Source of the DNA: Bacillales bacterium | Lineage (GTDB): Bacteria > Bacillota > Bacilli > Paenibacillales > CANHCR01 | DNA length: 64,000 nt | Assembly (NCBI GenBank): GCA_947459205.1 | Contig: CANHCR010000009.1 | Location: forward strand, 798-64,797 | Reading direction: 5' to 3' | Part shown: positions 36,480 through 46,665 of the stretch, one piece after another | Position numbering within the stretch: position 1 is the stretch's first letter | Layout of the letters: every line of letters begins with the position of its first letter | Notes under the pieces: model-generated | The model's database searches: none | Told to the model about the DNA's origin: nothing | Seen by the model: only the letters and a program-made list of their open reading frames with translations | Position numbers and translations under genes: made by a program

Positions 36480-38197
36480 ATATACCATACGGGAAAGTCG
36501 CAGACGAACTTCTCGAAATATCGAATGTACTGCAGGAACGCAGGGCTAACTTGCTTTTGCAACAGATTAAAGAAAATGAGCAACGAAATTCGTTCCATGT
36601 TGCAGTCCTCGGTGAGTTTAAACGCGGGAAATCTTCGTTAATCAATTCTCTGATTGGAGAAGAATTGTTACCAAGTGATTTATTGCCTGCTACCGCGGTT
36701 TTAAATGTGCTGGAATATGCTGAACAGCCTGAGTTGGTCATTAAGTGGAGAGACGGAAATTCTGAAACGGTCGAATTGACGAGAGAACAATTAAATAGAT
36801 TTACTGTGGAAGGTTCTGCGGACTCTGAGCAGGTTCAGTTTCTCGTTTTAAGGTGTAATTCACCTATCCTTAGGGAAGGTTTGGTGATTATTGATACACC
36901 TGGAGTAAATGATATTTCAGAATCGAGAATTGAAGTGACAAAAAACATTATTCCAAATTGTGATGCTGCCCTTTTTTTACTGGACGCTGCTGCACCAGTC
37001 ACCAGAAGTGAAGCTGAATTTCTTCAAACTCAGGTTCTTTCATTCAGCCTACATTCATTACTGTTCGTCATCTCTAAGGCCGATCGATTGGATGAGGAGG
37101 AATTGGAGGAATCCTTGCAAGGCGCAGAACAGAGATTGAAGCAGTTGCTATCAGTAGAACCTAACATCATTGCTTATTCGGCACGCGAAGTGATGCGTTC
37201 TATTCAGTCCAATGGATATTCAGAACAACAAACAGAACTGCTTCGACATGTTCAAAAGCTGAAGGAGAAAGCAAATAGTGAAAAAGTATTGCGTCAGTCC
37301 AGCAAACTGAAAGCTACCATCGCGATATTAGAAGACCATTTAGACAACGCTGAACAGATACTATGTCTTGATGAAACGAAATCACAAGAACTGATGATGA
37401 ATATTGAACAGCGATTGCGCTCGGACAAAGCGAAGTTTCACCAGTTCATAGATAGTATGAACATCGTGGGTCGATCAACCTTGGTGCGAATGTTCGAAAC
37501 ATCCTTTGATAAGTTCATTAAAGACTTAACGACTCAAATTCTTGATCAAATCCGAGTCGTTGATGATGTTGAAAAATATCTAACTAAGGCATTGCCAGTT
37601 GAAATCGAACGCTCTGTCCGGCTTTATACAGAGCGAAAAAGCAAGGAGATTTATGATTATTTGAAGAATTTCACGAATCATGTATGCAGTGAATACAATC
37701 GACAATTTCACTATGTGTTAAATTTGGATACGATGAACATTCATCTTCCTGAGTTGCAGCAAACTCAAAACGAAAACTCTCAAATGATGTCTATGATTGG
37801 CAGTTACTTGCCGATGACCGCATTGATGATTGCGGGGAGCATTATTATGCCTGGCATTGGCTCGGCAATTGGGATGGCTGCTGGACATTTATTACAAAAA
37901 CATTTGAATGATAAGAAGCAAAGTGAACTGCGAGAAAAGTATTTGGGTGCCATGCCAGATTTGGTGAAATCAGAATTACAGGGCTACAGACAAAATGTTG
38001 TGGAAACGATCAACGGACACTTCGATATGTTGATTCAAAAAGTACAATCTTTTCATCAGTTGCGTGAGGACGAATGGCTAGCGCTATCGGAAGGGACTTC
38101 GTCTGAAGTGAAATCTGATGAGTTAGAAAATCGACGAACAGAATATGAGATGCTAAAAGTTAAGTTGTTGACAATTAAAAAGGAGAGTGTTGGCTAA
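36476..38197 (+). CDS. bacterial dynamin-like GTPase 2
   Basis: G1 GEFKRGKSS, G3 IDTPGVND, ISKAD. Paddle MIGSYLPMTALMIAGSIIMPGIGSAIGMAAG. ATGA overlap with the upstream gene. Confidence 0.9.
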   Translation: MNIPYGKVADELLEISNVLQERRANLLLQQIKENEQRNSFHVAVLGEFKRGKSSLINSLIGEELLPSDLLPATAVLNVLEYAEQPELVIKWRDGNSETVELTREQLNRFTVEGSADSEQVQFLVLRCNSPILREGLVIIDTPGVNDISESRIEVTKNIIPNCDAALFLLDAAAPVTRSEAEFLQTQVLSFSLHSLLFVISKADRLDEEELEESLQGAEQRLKQLLSVEPNIIAYSAREVMRSIQSNGYSEQQTELLRHVQKLKEKANSEKVLRQSSKLKATIAILEDHLDNAEQILCLDETKSQELMMNIEQRLRSDKAKFHQFIDSMNIVGRSTLVRMFETSFDKFIKDLTTQILDQIRVVDDVEKYLTKALPVEIERSVRLYTERKSKEIYDYLKNFTNHVCSEYNRQFHYVLNLDTMNIHLPELQQTQNENSQMMSMIGSYLPMTALMIAGSIIMPGIGSAIGMAAGHLLQKHLNDKKQSELREKYLGAMPDLVKSELQGYRQNVVETINGHFDMLIQKVQSFHQLREDEWLALSEGTSSEVKSDELENRRTEYEMLKVKLLTIKKESVG

Positions 38198-38616
38198 TGT
38201 CTGATTTTTTGGATTCGATGTTTCATCAAAGCACGAGTAATGTATTCGGTGGCGAAAATATGTATAGTCAGAATGGAAGTCTAATAGGAAGTACGCAACC
38301 GAATGTATTTGGCGGTGAAAATTTATACGATGCCAATCATCAAATGATAGGGCACACAACGGATAATGTGTTTGGTGGTGAAAACATGTTCGACAACAGT
38401 CATCAGTTGGTTGGAAGCACCCAACCAGGTGTGATGGGGACAAATGTTTTTGACGGTCATCACCAGCAGATAGGACACGTTCAGTATGATGCTACAGGTG
38501 GAAGTTTCCATGATTTGCACGGACAACAAATGAGTTGGCAAAACAACATGTTTGGTGGCGTCACCATGGACCCGCTACAAAATACTGCAAGTTTGAGTTT
38601 TCCAAATTTGATTTAA
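38197..38616 (+). CDS. small protein built from 21-aa NVFGGEN-type repeats
   Basis: 139 aa. Repeats: NVFGGENMYSQNGSLIGSTQP / NVFGGENLYDANHQMIGHTTD / NVFGGENMFDNSHQLVGSTQP / GVMGTNVFDGHHQQIGHVQYD, plus degenerate copies. TAATG overlap with dynamin 2. Confidence 0.75.
   Translation: MSDFLDSMFHQSTSNVFGGENMYSQNGSLIGSTQPNVFGGENLYDANHQMIGHTTDNVFGGENMFDNSHQLVGSTQPGVMGTNVFDGHHQQIGHVQYDATGGSFHDLHGQQMSWQNNMFGGVTMDPLQNTASLSFPNLI
38239..38490 (+). repeat. 63-nt in-frame tandem repeat (4 clear copies) within 38197..38616
   Basis: Copies at 38239-38301, 38302-38364, 38365-38427 and 38428-38490, read from the DNA and translation. Confidence 0.8.
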
Positions 38617-38632
38617 AACAGGTGGTGAAGAG

Positions 38633-41600
38633 ATGTCGAATATCGGAAAACAATTAGTTGAAAAAGTTCTAAAAGGTAATCCGCTTCAAAATGAAACATT
38701 TCATTTTTTGAAAGATTCTCAAATATTTTGTCAAGTGAACAATTTTCAAGAGGAGCATTCTGGATATTTCTTTATTTCGAATCAGAGACTCGGATATGTA
38801 CTGAACGACGGAGAATGTTTTTACTATTTCCCTTATTCAACAGTATATCGATATGAATCTCAATATACTGATGAAACCGAGCAGTATGTATATATATCTA
38901 TTTTGACAATTCACGATAATCAATGGAAGTGGACACGTTTTCACGTACTTGTAGATGATAAGGTTTTTTCGAGTATTCAGTTTGTACTCGACTACAAGTA
39001 TTTTTATCCTGCAGAGACATCTAAAGGGGACATTAAGAAAATAGCAAGTTTGATTAATGAATCAAGATTCCAAGACGCGATCGATGTACTCAATGAGTTA
39101 GGGCAAAACGATCCGCTATGTGGAATCTACCATGCATTGCGATTTCAAGTCAACTCAATCCAAGGAAAAAGTGAATTCGCACAGTTTAATTTGATACAAA
39201 TGTTTGATACTCTGTCTATCTTGGATCCGGAACCGTTGATTTATGCCATTGACTCTCTTGAGTGGGATAGTCGTATCATTCAATGGATGAATCAATATCA
39301 AGAAAACACACTGGAATTTAGAATAAAAGAATATATGATGGCAAAGTCAAGAAAGAACCCAGTCGAGATTTTTCATGCGATGAACCAGATGTTTGCTCAA
39401 CTGGAAGGTGAATATTCTGATTTCGGCGACATTTTATCATTAAAGTCATCATTATTGATCAACTACTTCGTCGGATGGAGTCATCTATTAGATGAGAACA
39501 TGGTAAAGCGTACTCATCAACTCATAGTGGATACGGAAAAAAAATATATTCAATCGAATGATTTTGCTCATCTATCAGATGCTGAAGCGAACATGGTTGT
39601 CCGTAGAGGAGCTACGCTTAACAGTTATCCTCAATCAGGGTTGTTCGAATGTGTGCGAACCATGTATTCTACAATAAATGGATACCCTCAAATAAGTGAG
39701 ATGTTTAATCATCATCAGTTTGTCTCACTAGCGAACCATTCATTTGATCTTGTGTCTCTCTATGATGTTGACCAGAGTGACACATGTTCTTTCCTTTACA
39801 ATGAGTTGCCGGCGAAAGAAAAAAGCAGACTTATCAACAATATTTATTGCTTATTTGCGCTTTTGCGAACGGAGGGAATAACGGAAAAAACCAAGCAAGT
39901 CTTTAACTCCATGCGTACAAAAGAGGGTATCGACATCAATATTGTTTTGTCGAAACCACAGTTGATTTTGGAAACTAGTATCTACTTTTTTTCCTGCATT
40001 GAATATTTCATCTTAACGTCTCAGAAAAAACTCGCTAATGAATATATTCTTCACTATCGATTTAAATACGGTGAGGCACTCGGTTCGAACATTCATCATA
40101 TATTAAAATTTGGGAAAGATATTTTAGATGTTTATGAGGCTTGGGCCAACAGTGACATTCCATTATTAATGTCCGCCAAGAATTTTGAAGTTTTTCTTGA
40201 GATTGATTGGCTACCATCGCTATACATAAAATATATACAACCAATGATAGAGAAGCACTTAAAGCGACTCAATGAGAACCCTCAACAGTCCATGCATGTA
40301 GTGCGAAATAGTATATTAGAAATCACATCAGGTTTTCAAAGTCTTGCACAATCCAATGAATTGTTGCAAGCGAAAAAAACGAAAATCAATGAATATGTGA
40401 ACCAAATAAAGAATCGGTTGCATTCCGACGAATTACGGATTGCGGTCATTGGGGAAACAAGTGCTGGAAAGACATCGTTGCTTAATCGGATGTTCGCTAC
40501 AGATTTATTTTATGTGACCCAAGAAGAGGCAACAGGAGTACCGACAGAAATACGTAACGGGATTGAAGCGGATGCACAAGTGTTGGACCGGCACGGAAAT
40601 GTTGTGATTAGGCTGAATGACACACAAAAATTCGAACTAAATCAAATGATTAAACGTACCGTTTCGAATTCAAATGACACTAGTCTAAATTCTCAATTAC
40701 ATGCATTTATCAAACAACACACAAAAGTAGACGAAGAGCGTTCTGTGAATGTAGACAGAGTGGTTGTTACTTTACCGATTCATGATCTGCCGAAAAATGT
40801 AGTGATTATTGATACCCCAGGTTTTAATGCAAATCAAAAGAGAAGTGACATTGCCTTAAATGTGATTAATCAAGCACACGTTTGTATATTTATCATCGAT
40901 GCACGAAACGCCTTGAAAAGTAAAGAGATGAACATTTTGAGAACGGTTCGTGAGCAAACGGGTAAATTGTTCTTGGTGTTGAATAAGATGGATTTAATCA
41001 TGGGTGATGATGAATTAGATTGTGATGACGGTGATTCTATTAAGCAGACGTTGGATCGAGTGAATGGTGATTTAGTCCGTTTTTTTGATAGTGATAAATT
41101 CCAAGTGTGTCCAGTCACTTGTATGCCTGCGGATAGAGTGCCTGCGGAAATTGTGGAGTATGTCAATAATTTATCTAGTTTAAAAACGAGAGTAATTGAA
41201 CATGCAACAACCAATGAGTTGGAACTGATTACCGATATGGCGGTGAAAGAATCTGTCGATTTGATAGAAGAAGTTCAAACAATTATGTATCAAACAAACA
41301 CTCAGAAGATAAACAAAACCTACGAATCGATCGACAAGTTACCCATGGATCCTCACATACACGCTAGTTTTTTATATGAACAGATAAACGATTGGTTGTT
41401 TTCACTCGAGCAAAGTTATAAATCGAAGATGTATGCTTTTAATCTTGCAAAAATACAAGATGCAATCGATACTTTTGCCGCATGGGTCTCCAATCAAACG
41501 AGTAGTGATCATTTGACGACTGGCGCACAAGCGAAAGCGGAAAGTATACTGACGATTGCTGTCAATGAAATTAACCGAAATCGTAAGCAAGAACTGAACA

Positions 41601-42184
41601 AGTTTTTAACGGCTCTATCCAAGAATATCGGTGATTATTTTGTCGAACTATACAAAGGATACGACATTAAAATTCAAGTGAATAAAACTGAGATTGATAA
41701 TTTGTTAGAAAAAATACAACGTGTCACATCAACCGAGGTTAGTGCTATTGGAAACATTGATGATGGTGTAAAAGATCAACTTTCCGGAGCGGCAATCGGT
41801 GCAGCAATTGGATTGATTTTGGGACCGCTTGGTGCGCTCGTCGGAGGATTCTTAGGAGGTTTGTTTTTTTCGAAATCAATTGAAGAAATTCAATATGAAG
41901 TGAACCAGGCCTTTTATAACGTGGCTAACGATACGCATATGAAATCTAATCAAATGGTAGAGAATGAAATAAGTCTTCAGAACGATCAAACCATTATGGC
42001 GAAAATCGATGAGGTTTGTGAATCGATTATGACGAAATACATTCAAGCAGTAGATCGTGTGCGTGGTTCATACCGTAACGAGATTAATGAATCTTTGGAA
42101 CGAATTATTCAAACTAAACATCATATCACCGATATTGCTAATAAGAATGTTCTCCTTGAAACTTGGCGCTCGTCGCGAAGGTAG
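38633..42184 (+). CDS. large dynamin-like GTPase 3 with about 560-aa N-terminal extension
   Basis: Central G1 GETSAGKTS, G3 IDTPGFNA, G4 LNKMD. C-proximal paddle LSGAAIGAAIGLILGPLGALVGGFLGGLFF. RBS AGGTGG. Confidence 0.85.
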   Translation: MSNIGKQLVEKVLKGNPLQNETFHFLKDSQIFCQVNNFQEEHSGYFFISNQRLGYVLNDGECFYYFPYSTVYRYESQYTDETEQYVYISILTIHDNQWKWTRFHVLVDDKVFSSIQFVLDYKYFYPAETSKGDIKKIASLINESRFQDAIDVLNELGQNDPLCGIYHALRFQVNSIQGKSEFAQFNLIQMFDTLSILDPEPLIYAIDSLEWDSRIIQWMNQYQENTLEFRIKEYMMAKSRKNPVEIFHAMNQMFAQLEGEYSDFGDILSLKSSLLINYFVGWSHLLDENMVKRTHQLIVDTEKKYIQSNDFAHLSDAEANMVVRRGATLNSYPQSGLFECVRTMYSTINGYPQISEMFNHHQFVSLANHSFDLVSLYDVDQSDTCSFLYNELPAKEKSRLINNIYCLFALLRTEGITEKTKQVFNSMRTKEGIDINIVLSKPQLILETSIYFFSCIEYFILTSQKKLANEYILHYRFKYGEALGSNIHHILKFGKDILDVYEAWANSDIPLLMSAKNFEVFLEIDWLPSLYIKYIQPMIEKHLKRLNENPQQSMHVVRNSILEITSGFQSLAQSNELLQAKKTKINEYVNQIKNRLHSDELRIAVIGETSAGKTSLLNRMFATDLFYVTQEEATGVPTEIRNGIEADAQVLDRHGNVVIRLNDTQKFELNQMIKRTVSNSNDTSLNSQLHAFIKQHTKVDEERSVNVDRVVVTLPIHDLPKNVVIIDTPGFNANQKRSDIALNVINQAHVCIFIIDARNALKSKEMNILRTVREQTGKLFLVLNKMDLIMGDDELDCDDGDSIKQTLDRVNGDLVRFFDSDKFQVCPVTCMPADRVPAEIVEYVNNLSSLKTRVIEHATTNELELITDMAVKESVDLIEEVQTIMYQTNTQKINKTYESIDKLPMDPHIHASFLYEQINDWLFSLEQSYKSKMYAFNLAKIQDAIDTFAAWVSNQTSSDHLTTGAQAKAESILTIAVNEINRNRKQELNKFLTALSKNIGDYFVELYKGYDIKIQVNKTEIDNLLEKIQRVTSTEVSAIGNIDDGVKDQLSGAAIGAAIGLILGPLGALVGGFLGGLFFSKSIEEIQYEVNQAFYNVANDTHMKSNQMVENEISLQNDQTIMAKIDEVCESIMTKYIQAVDRVRGSYRNEINESLERIIQTKHHITDIANKNVLLETWRSSRR

Positions 42185-42305
42185 TTTGTAACCTAGAAGA
42201 TGGTTATAATTATACTCGCTTGGTTGACGAATAGGCTGTAGTGATACTCAGTAGCGTAGCCAATAAATTGGGGTTAAAAGATTCTACTGTTAAGGAGATC
42301 GAATA

Positions 42306-43943
42306 ATGAAAAAAATGAAGATTATCTTTGTTGTTTTGGTTGTATCTTTGGCATTTAATTTGCTGCCAACAATTTCATGGTCTCAAAGCCCGATTCAAAT
42401 TTATATCAATGGGGTAAAAAAGATTTATGAACAACCGCCTATTGTTCAATATAGCACCACTTTAGTTCCAATGAGAGGCATTTTTGAATCGCTTGGCGCC
42501 AAAGTGGTTTTTAATTCAAGCACTAGACAAATCACAGGTGTAACACCAACTGTTGAAGTGAAATTAACAATAGGTCAGAAAATTGCATCTGTTAATCAAA
42601 ATGGAAAGATTAAAAAATTATTGCTTGGTGTTCCCGCTCAATCATTAAAGGGAAATACGATGGTTCCTTTGAGGTTTATTAGTGAAGTACTCGGAAGCAA
42701 TGTTTCATGGAATCCGCAACAGAGAATTATTAATATTAACCAAGCGAAACCCAAATTACTGTTTAGTGTATCTAAAAAAACTTTGTTGATTGGCGAGACG
42801 ATTCAGTCAAATGTTACACTGCTTAATTTCTCTAAGAAATCACCTTTCGTACAGTATTTCAGCAATCGACCAGATATTTTACATGTTGATGATTTTGGAA
42901 GAATGACTGGTAAATCACTTGGGGTCGCAACGATAACAGCAACGACAGAGAATGTAGAATCTTCAATTAAGGTTGAAGTTACGAATATCATCTGGATCAA
43001 TGATGAAATTGTTCATTCTGCAAGTTCCGGAAACTACGGAAGTGTAGGTGTTTCGTACAATAAAAATCAATTCATGGTTAGAAACTCAATTTATGATTTG
43101 AACTCCGGTAAATTTTTAAAAAAGTTTGCTAATGATACTCAATTTTATAAAAGTGGAATCGTGGAATATAAGTCTGAATGGAATGCGTCGCCCAAAATAA
43201 ATTTTTACAGCGATTCTTTTAAAGCGGAAGGTCAAGCAGAAAGTGCGCTTTTCCCATCAACTATCATTGGTTCTCCATTCACTTCGGTTTTCGGAGATAA
43301 ACTGTTTTATATGGGAGGACAAAAAAAATATTATTTATATGATACATCTTTTCACGAAATTCTTACTTCATACCATTCAACTGAAGAAACCGGAGATTAT
43401 TTTTTCACTTCCAACGTAGCGAGTAATTATGACGAAAGTATCGTGGCAATAGATTCTACAGAAGGAAAGATTCACCTATACGATATGAAAAATGGACAAT
43501 TCATTAATAAATTAAATGCATATAATTATGCTGAGTCAACGAATGATTATAGTTTCGCGTTTAATCCCGGAGATTATCATTTTGGTTTACTTATCGATGA
43601 TCGTGCAAATGGTGTATTAAGTATAATAAATCCTTTGAATCAATCTCTAGAACACAGAATATCGTTCGTGAACAAAAAAATTCGAAGTTTTGCTTTTAGT
43701 CCTAGTGGTAAATTTGTTGTTGTAGGTGACAATAAAGGCACAATCACAATATTTAATTTGTCGGATTATTCGGTAGAAAAAACTTTGAGTACCAAACTTA
43801 ACATTTCAAAAAATAAATTGAACGAGGGAGCAAGTTCTGTTGAAAAGTTATCTTTTGCCAAAGGGGATAAAAAGATACTCGCTTTCTATTCGAGTAACTA
43901 TGACCCAAATGTGATTTGTTGGGATACCAACTTACCGAATTGA
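42306..43943 (+). CDS. secreted protein: stalk (copper amine oxidase N-like), Big_2-like Ig and beta-propeller/WD40-like regions
   Basis: Signal peptide MKKMKIIFVVLVVSLAF. Stalk-type LVPMRGIFESLGAKV and MVPLRFISEVLGSNVSW. Big_2-like GVATITATTENVESSIKVEV. C-terminal FAFSPSGKFVVVGDNKGTITIFNL. Confidence 0.8.
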   Translation: MKKMKIIFVVLVVSLAFNLLPTISWSQSPIQIYINGVKKIYEQPPIVQYSTTLVPMRGIFESLGAKVVFNSSTRQITGVTPTVEVKLTIGQKIASVNQNGKIKKLLLGVPAQSLKGNTMVPLRFISEVLGSNVSWNPQQRIININQAKPKLLFSVSKKTLLIGETIQSNVTLLNFSKKSPFVQYFSNRPDILHVDDFGRMTGKSLGVATITATTENVESSIKVEVTNIIWINDEIVHSASSGNYGSVGVSYNKNQFMVRNSIYDLNSGKFLKKFANDTQFYKSGIVEYKSEWNASPKINFYSDSFKAEGQAESALFPSTIIGSPFTSVFGDKLFYMGGQKKYYLYDTSFHEILTSYHSTEETGDYFFTSNVASNYDESIVAIDSTEGKIHLYDMKNGQFINKLNAYNYAESTNDYSFAFNPGDYHFGLLIDDRANGVLSIINPLNQSLEHRISFVNKKIRSFAFSPSGKFVVVGDNKGTITIFNLSDYSVEKTLSTKLNISKNKLNEGASSVEKLSFAKGDKKILAFYSSNYDPNVICWDTNLPN

Positions 43944-44187
43944 GAGAGAATCGATTACACATGCGTTCACAAACCTCGTCATGAATAAGTTGGCTGTGGA
44001 GAATCGTGACTAAGATGAATTGATATGGCGGATTCAGTCTGACCTATTGGGGAAAGACTTCCGTTTGGAGTGTTTTTCCTTTCAAGTAGCACTTTGTCAT
44101 ATTCGCAGGAAATTGAAGGAGATTCTAGAAAATTAGCGAATTAAATCATAAAGCAATTGAAAAATGATAATTTTAAGGAGCACAGAC

Positions 44188-46665
44188 ATGACTTCGACCG
44201 AAATTCATTACCAATGGATTGCTTTTTATATGGAATTGGCCAATAAACTTCTTCAATATAAGCAGAATCGAAGCGAACTTCTTCAACTTTTGGACAAGGC
44301 ATACCAGGAATCATTCGCAGAAACTGGTCTAAACAATCCGTTGAGGAAGAATCAAGAGGACTTGGAAGATGTGTGTCCATTCACATTTTTTGCGTGTTTC
44401 AATCGCGGCATCAAAGATGAAAATCGCACCGCACTATTGCGAGAACTGGGGAGATTGTTTCAAATATCGGCAGAAGCCCCTACATTATTTGACGGGATTC
44501 CCCTAGCTGACAACCGGAGCATGTGGTTTTTTGCCGGCAAAAGAAAGCGTAATCCCGATGACATTCAAAAATTGTGGGATATGTTTGAGGTCGCAATTCA
44601 CTATGCAGAGCAATCGAGGGATCAACATGTGGAAGAACGTTTTGTTGATTTGTTCGACCGTGTTTTAACGCAACATCAGGTGAAATGGAATTTGACAATG
44701 GGTCTATATTGGATTCGACCAAACTTCTATTTAAATTTGGAAGAAACGAACCGCAAATTCCTAACAGAATTGAGAGAATTTCAACAATCGGAAATTGGTG
44801 GTCAAACAAAATTTGCGGATATGCCGGACGGAACTACTTACTTGAAATTGTTAGCATGGTTCGAATTGTATTTTCAACAATCCGATGCGAATGAACAAGA
44901 TAAAGCCGGCAACTTTTTTGAATTGTCGCGAAATGCTTATGAAACTGCAAAATTAGCGAAATCTGATCGGATAAGATATATGGTTCCTGTTGTCACTGCA
45001 TTACGAGAGTTGGGCGGCTCAGCTAAACCTGATCAAGTCCGAAAGGAATTGATCCGTAATTTGCAACTAAGTAACGACGTGTTAAATGAGCTTCGCGGAG
45101 AGAATAAAGTATCTAAATTTGAACACGAAGTTGCGTTTGCCAGAGAGGCATTGGTATTTGCTGAAATGATCGAAAAAGGCAATCACGGAACTTGGAAATT
45201 GACTGAGAAAGGTCTTGCGCTTCAGTTTACAAATCGGATTGCAATTCAAATGTATGCAAAATATGAAAAAAATACAAAAACGAAAAAAGAACACGTTCCT
45301 AACACTGGCGCTCAACAGTATTGGATCATCGCTCCCGGTCAAAACGCCGAATATTGGGGGGACTTTCAGGACTCCGAAATTATCGGTATCGGATGGTTTG
45401 AAGTGGGGGATTTACAGCAATATGCCAATAAGAATGAAGTTACGGATGTGATGAAGAAACATTATGGCGAGGACAAAGATTATAGAAACGACTCGCTTGC
45501 AATTTGGGAATTCGTCAATCAGGTGAAACCGGGAGATATCATCTATGCCAAGAAAGGTACGCGATTGATAGTCGGTCGCGGTATCGTTCAGGACGATTAC
45601 GAGTTTGAAGTTAGCGATCGGGTGATTCCCCATAGACGAAAAATCGTGTGGACACACACAGGGGAATGGAATTATCCGTTTGATAAAGATATTCCGAGAA
45701 AGACTTTAACGAGAATAAAAAATCAAGCGTCGTGCGCTGCTTTGGAAAGTCTGTTTGGTGAAACTCAAGTGAAACCGCCTGCTACGGATGCCGCTTTTTC
45801 CGAGCAGGACTTTTTGACGCAAGTGTTTATGGGATCAAAAGATTTGACTCATTTGATAGGTATTTTAAAAAATAAGCGGAATTTGATCTTGCTGGGTCCG
45901 CCCGGAGTAGGGAAGACATATGTCGCTGAACTGTTGGCGTATGCGTATATGAATGTGATAGATAAAAAACGCATAACATTCGTTCAATTTCATCAAAGTT
46001 ACAGTTACGAGGATTTCATGTTGGGCTATCGTCCAAACCTTGACGGATTTGAAATGGGGTATGGCCCGTTTTATAAAGCGTGTAAAGAGGCCGAAAAAGA
46101 TCCCAGTCAATCGTACTTCTTCATCATGGATGAAATTAATCGTGGCAATATCAGCAAAATTTTCGGCGAGTTATTGATGCTGATTGAGGCTGACAAGCGC
46201 GGTAAGAAGATTCAATTGCTGTATGGAGATGAGTCATTTTATGTTCCTGATAATCTTTATTTGATCGGCATGATGAATACTGCAGACCGAAGTTTGGCAT
46301 TGATTGATTATGCTCTCCGTCGTCGATTTTCGTTTTTCGAATTGGAACCTGCATTTGAGAAATCGGGATTTAAAGAAATCTCGAAAACGGCGAACAATGT
46401 GAAATTTGATTTGCTTGTAGAAAAAGTGAAGCAATTAAATCGACATATTCGTGAAGACCAATCACTGGGAAGCGGTTTTTGCATCGGTCATAGTTATTTC
46501 TGTGTGACAGATTCTGTCGATGAAATGTGGCTGGAGCGAGTCATCAAATATGAGATTTTGCCATTGGTACAAGAGTATTGGTTCGATGACAAAAAGAGCT
46601 ATGACCATTGGCACAAGGAACTTATGCAGATCTTGGATGGACGGGAAAGCGAGCAATTGCAATGA
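44188..46665 (+). CDS. mcrB: McrB-family AAA+ GTPase with N-terminal winged-helix and EVE-like reader regions
   Basis: LLGPPGVGKTY, FVQFHQSYSYEDF, FFIMDEINRGNISKIFGEL and IGMMNTADRSLALIDYALRRRF are McrB signatures. Upstream QQYWIIAPGQNAEYW..PGDIIYAKKG is EVE/PUA-like. ATG 44188 follows TAAGGAG. Confidence 0.9.
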   Translation: MTSTEIHYQWIAFYMELANKLLQYKQNRSELLQLLDKAYQESFAETGLNNPLRKNQEDLEDVCPFTFFACFNRGIKDENRTALLRELGRLFQISAEAPTLFDGIPLADNRSMWFFAGKRKRNPDDIQKLWDMFEVAIHYAEQSRDQHVEERFVDLFDRVLTQHQVKWNLTMGLYWIRPNFYLNLEETNRKFLTELREFQQSEIGGQTKFADMPDGTTYLKLLAWFELYFQQSDANEQDKAGNFFELSRNAYETAKLAKSDRIRYMVPVVTALRELGGSAKPDQVRKELIRNLQLSNDVLNELRGENKVSKFEHEVAFAREALVFAEMIEKGNHGTWKLTEKGLALQFTNRIAIQMYAKYEKNTKTKKEHVPNTGAQQYWIIAPGQNAEYWGDFQDSEIIGIGWFEVGDLQQYANKNEVTDVMKKHYGEDKDYRNDSLAIWEFVNQVKPGDIIYAKKGTRLIVGRGIVQDDYEFEVSDRVIPHRRKIVWTHTGEWNYPFDKDIPRKTLTRIKNQASCAALESLFGETQVKPPATDAAFSEQDFLTQVFMGSKDLTHLIGILKNKRNLILLGPPGVGKTYVAELLAYAYMNVIDKKRITFVQFHQSYSYEDFMLGYRPNLDGFEMGYGPFYKACKEAEKDPSQSYFFIMDEINRGNISKIFGELLMLIEADKRGKKIQLLYGDESFYVPDNLYLIGMMNTADRSLALIDYALRRRFSFFELEPAFEKSGFKEISKTANNVKFDLLVEKVKQLNRHIREDQSLGSGFCIGHSYFCVTDSVDEMWLERVIKYEILPLVQEYWFDDKKSYDHWHKELMQILDGRESEQLQ

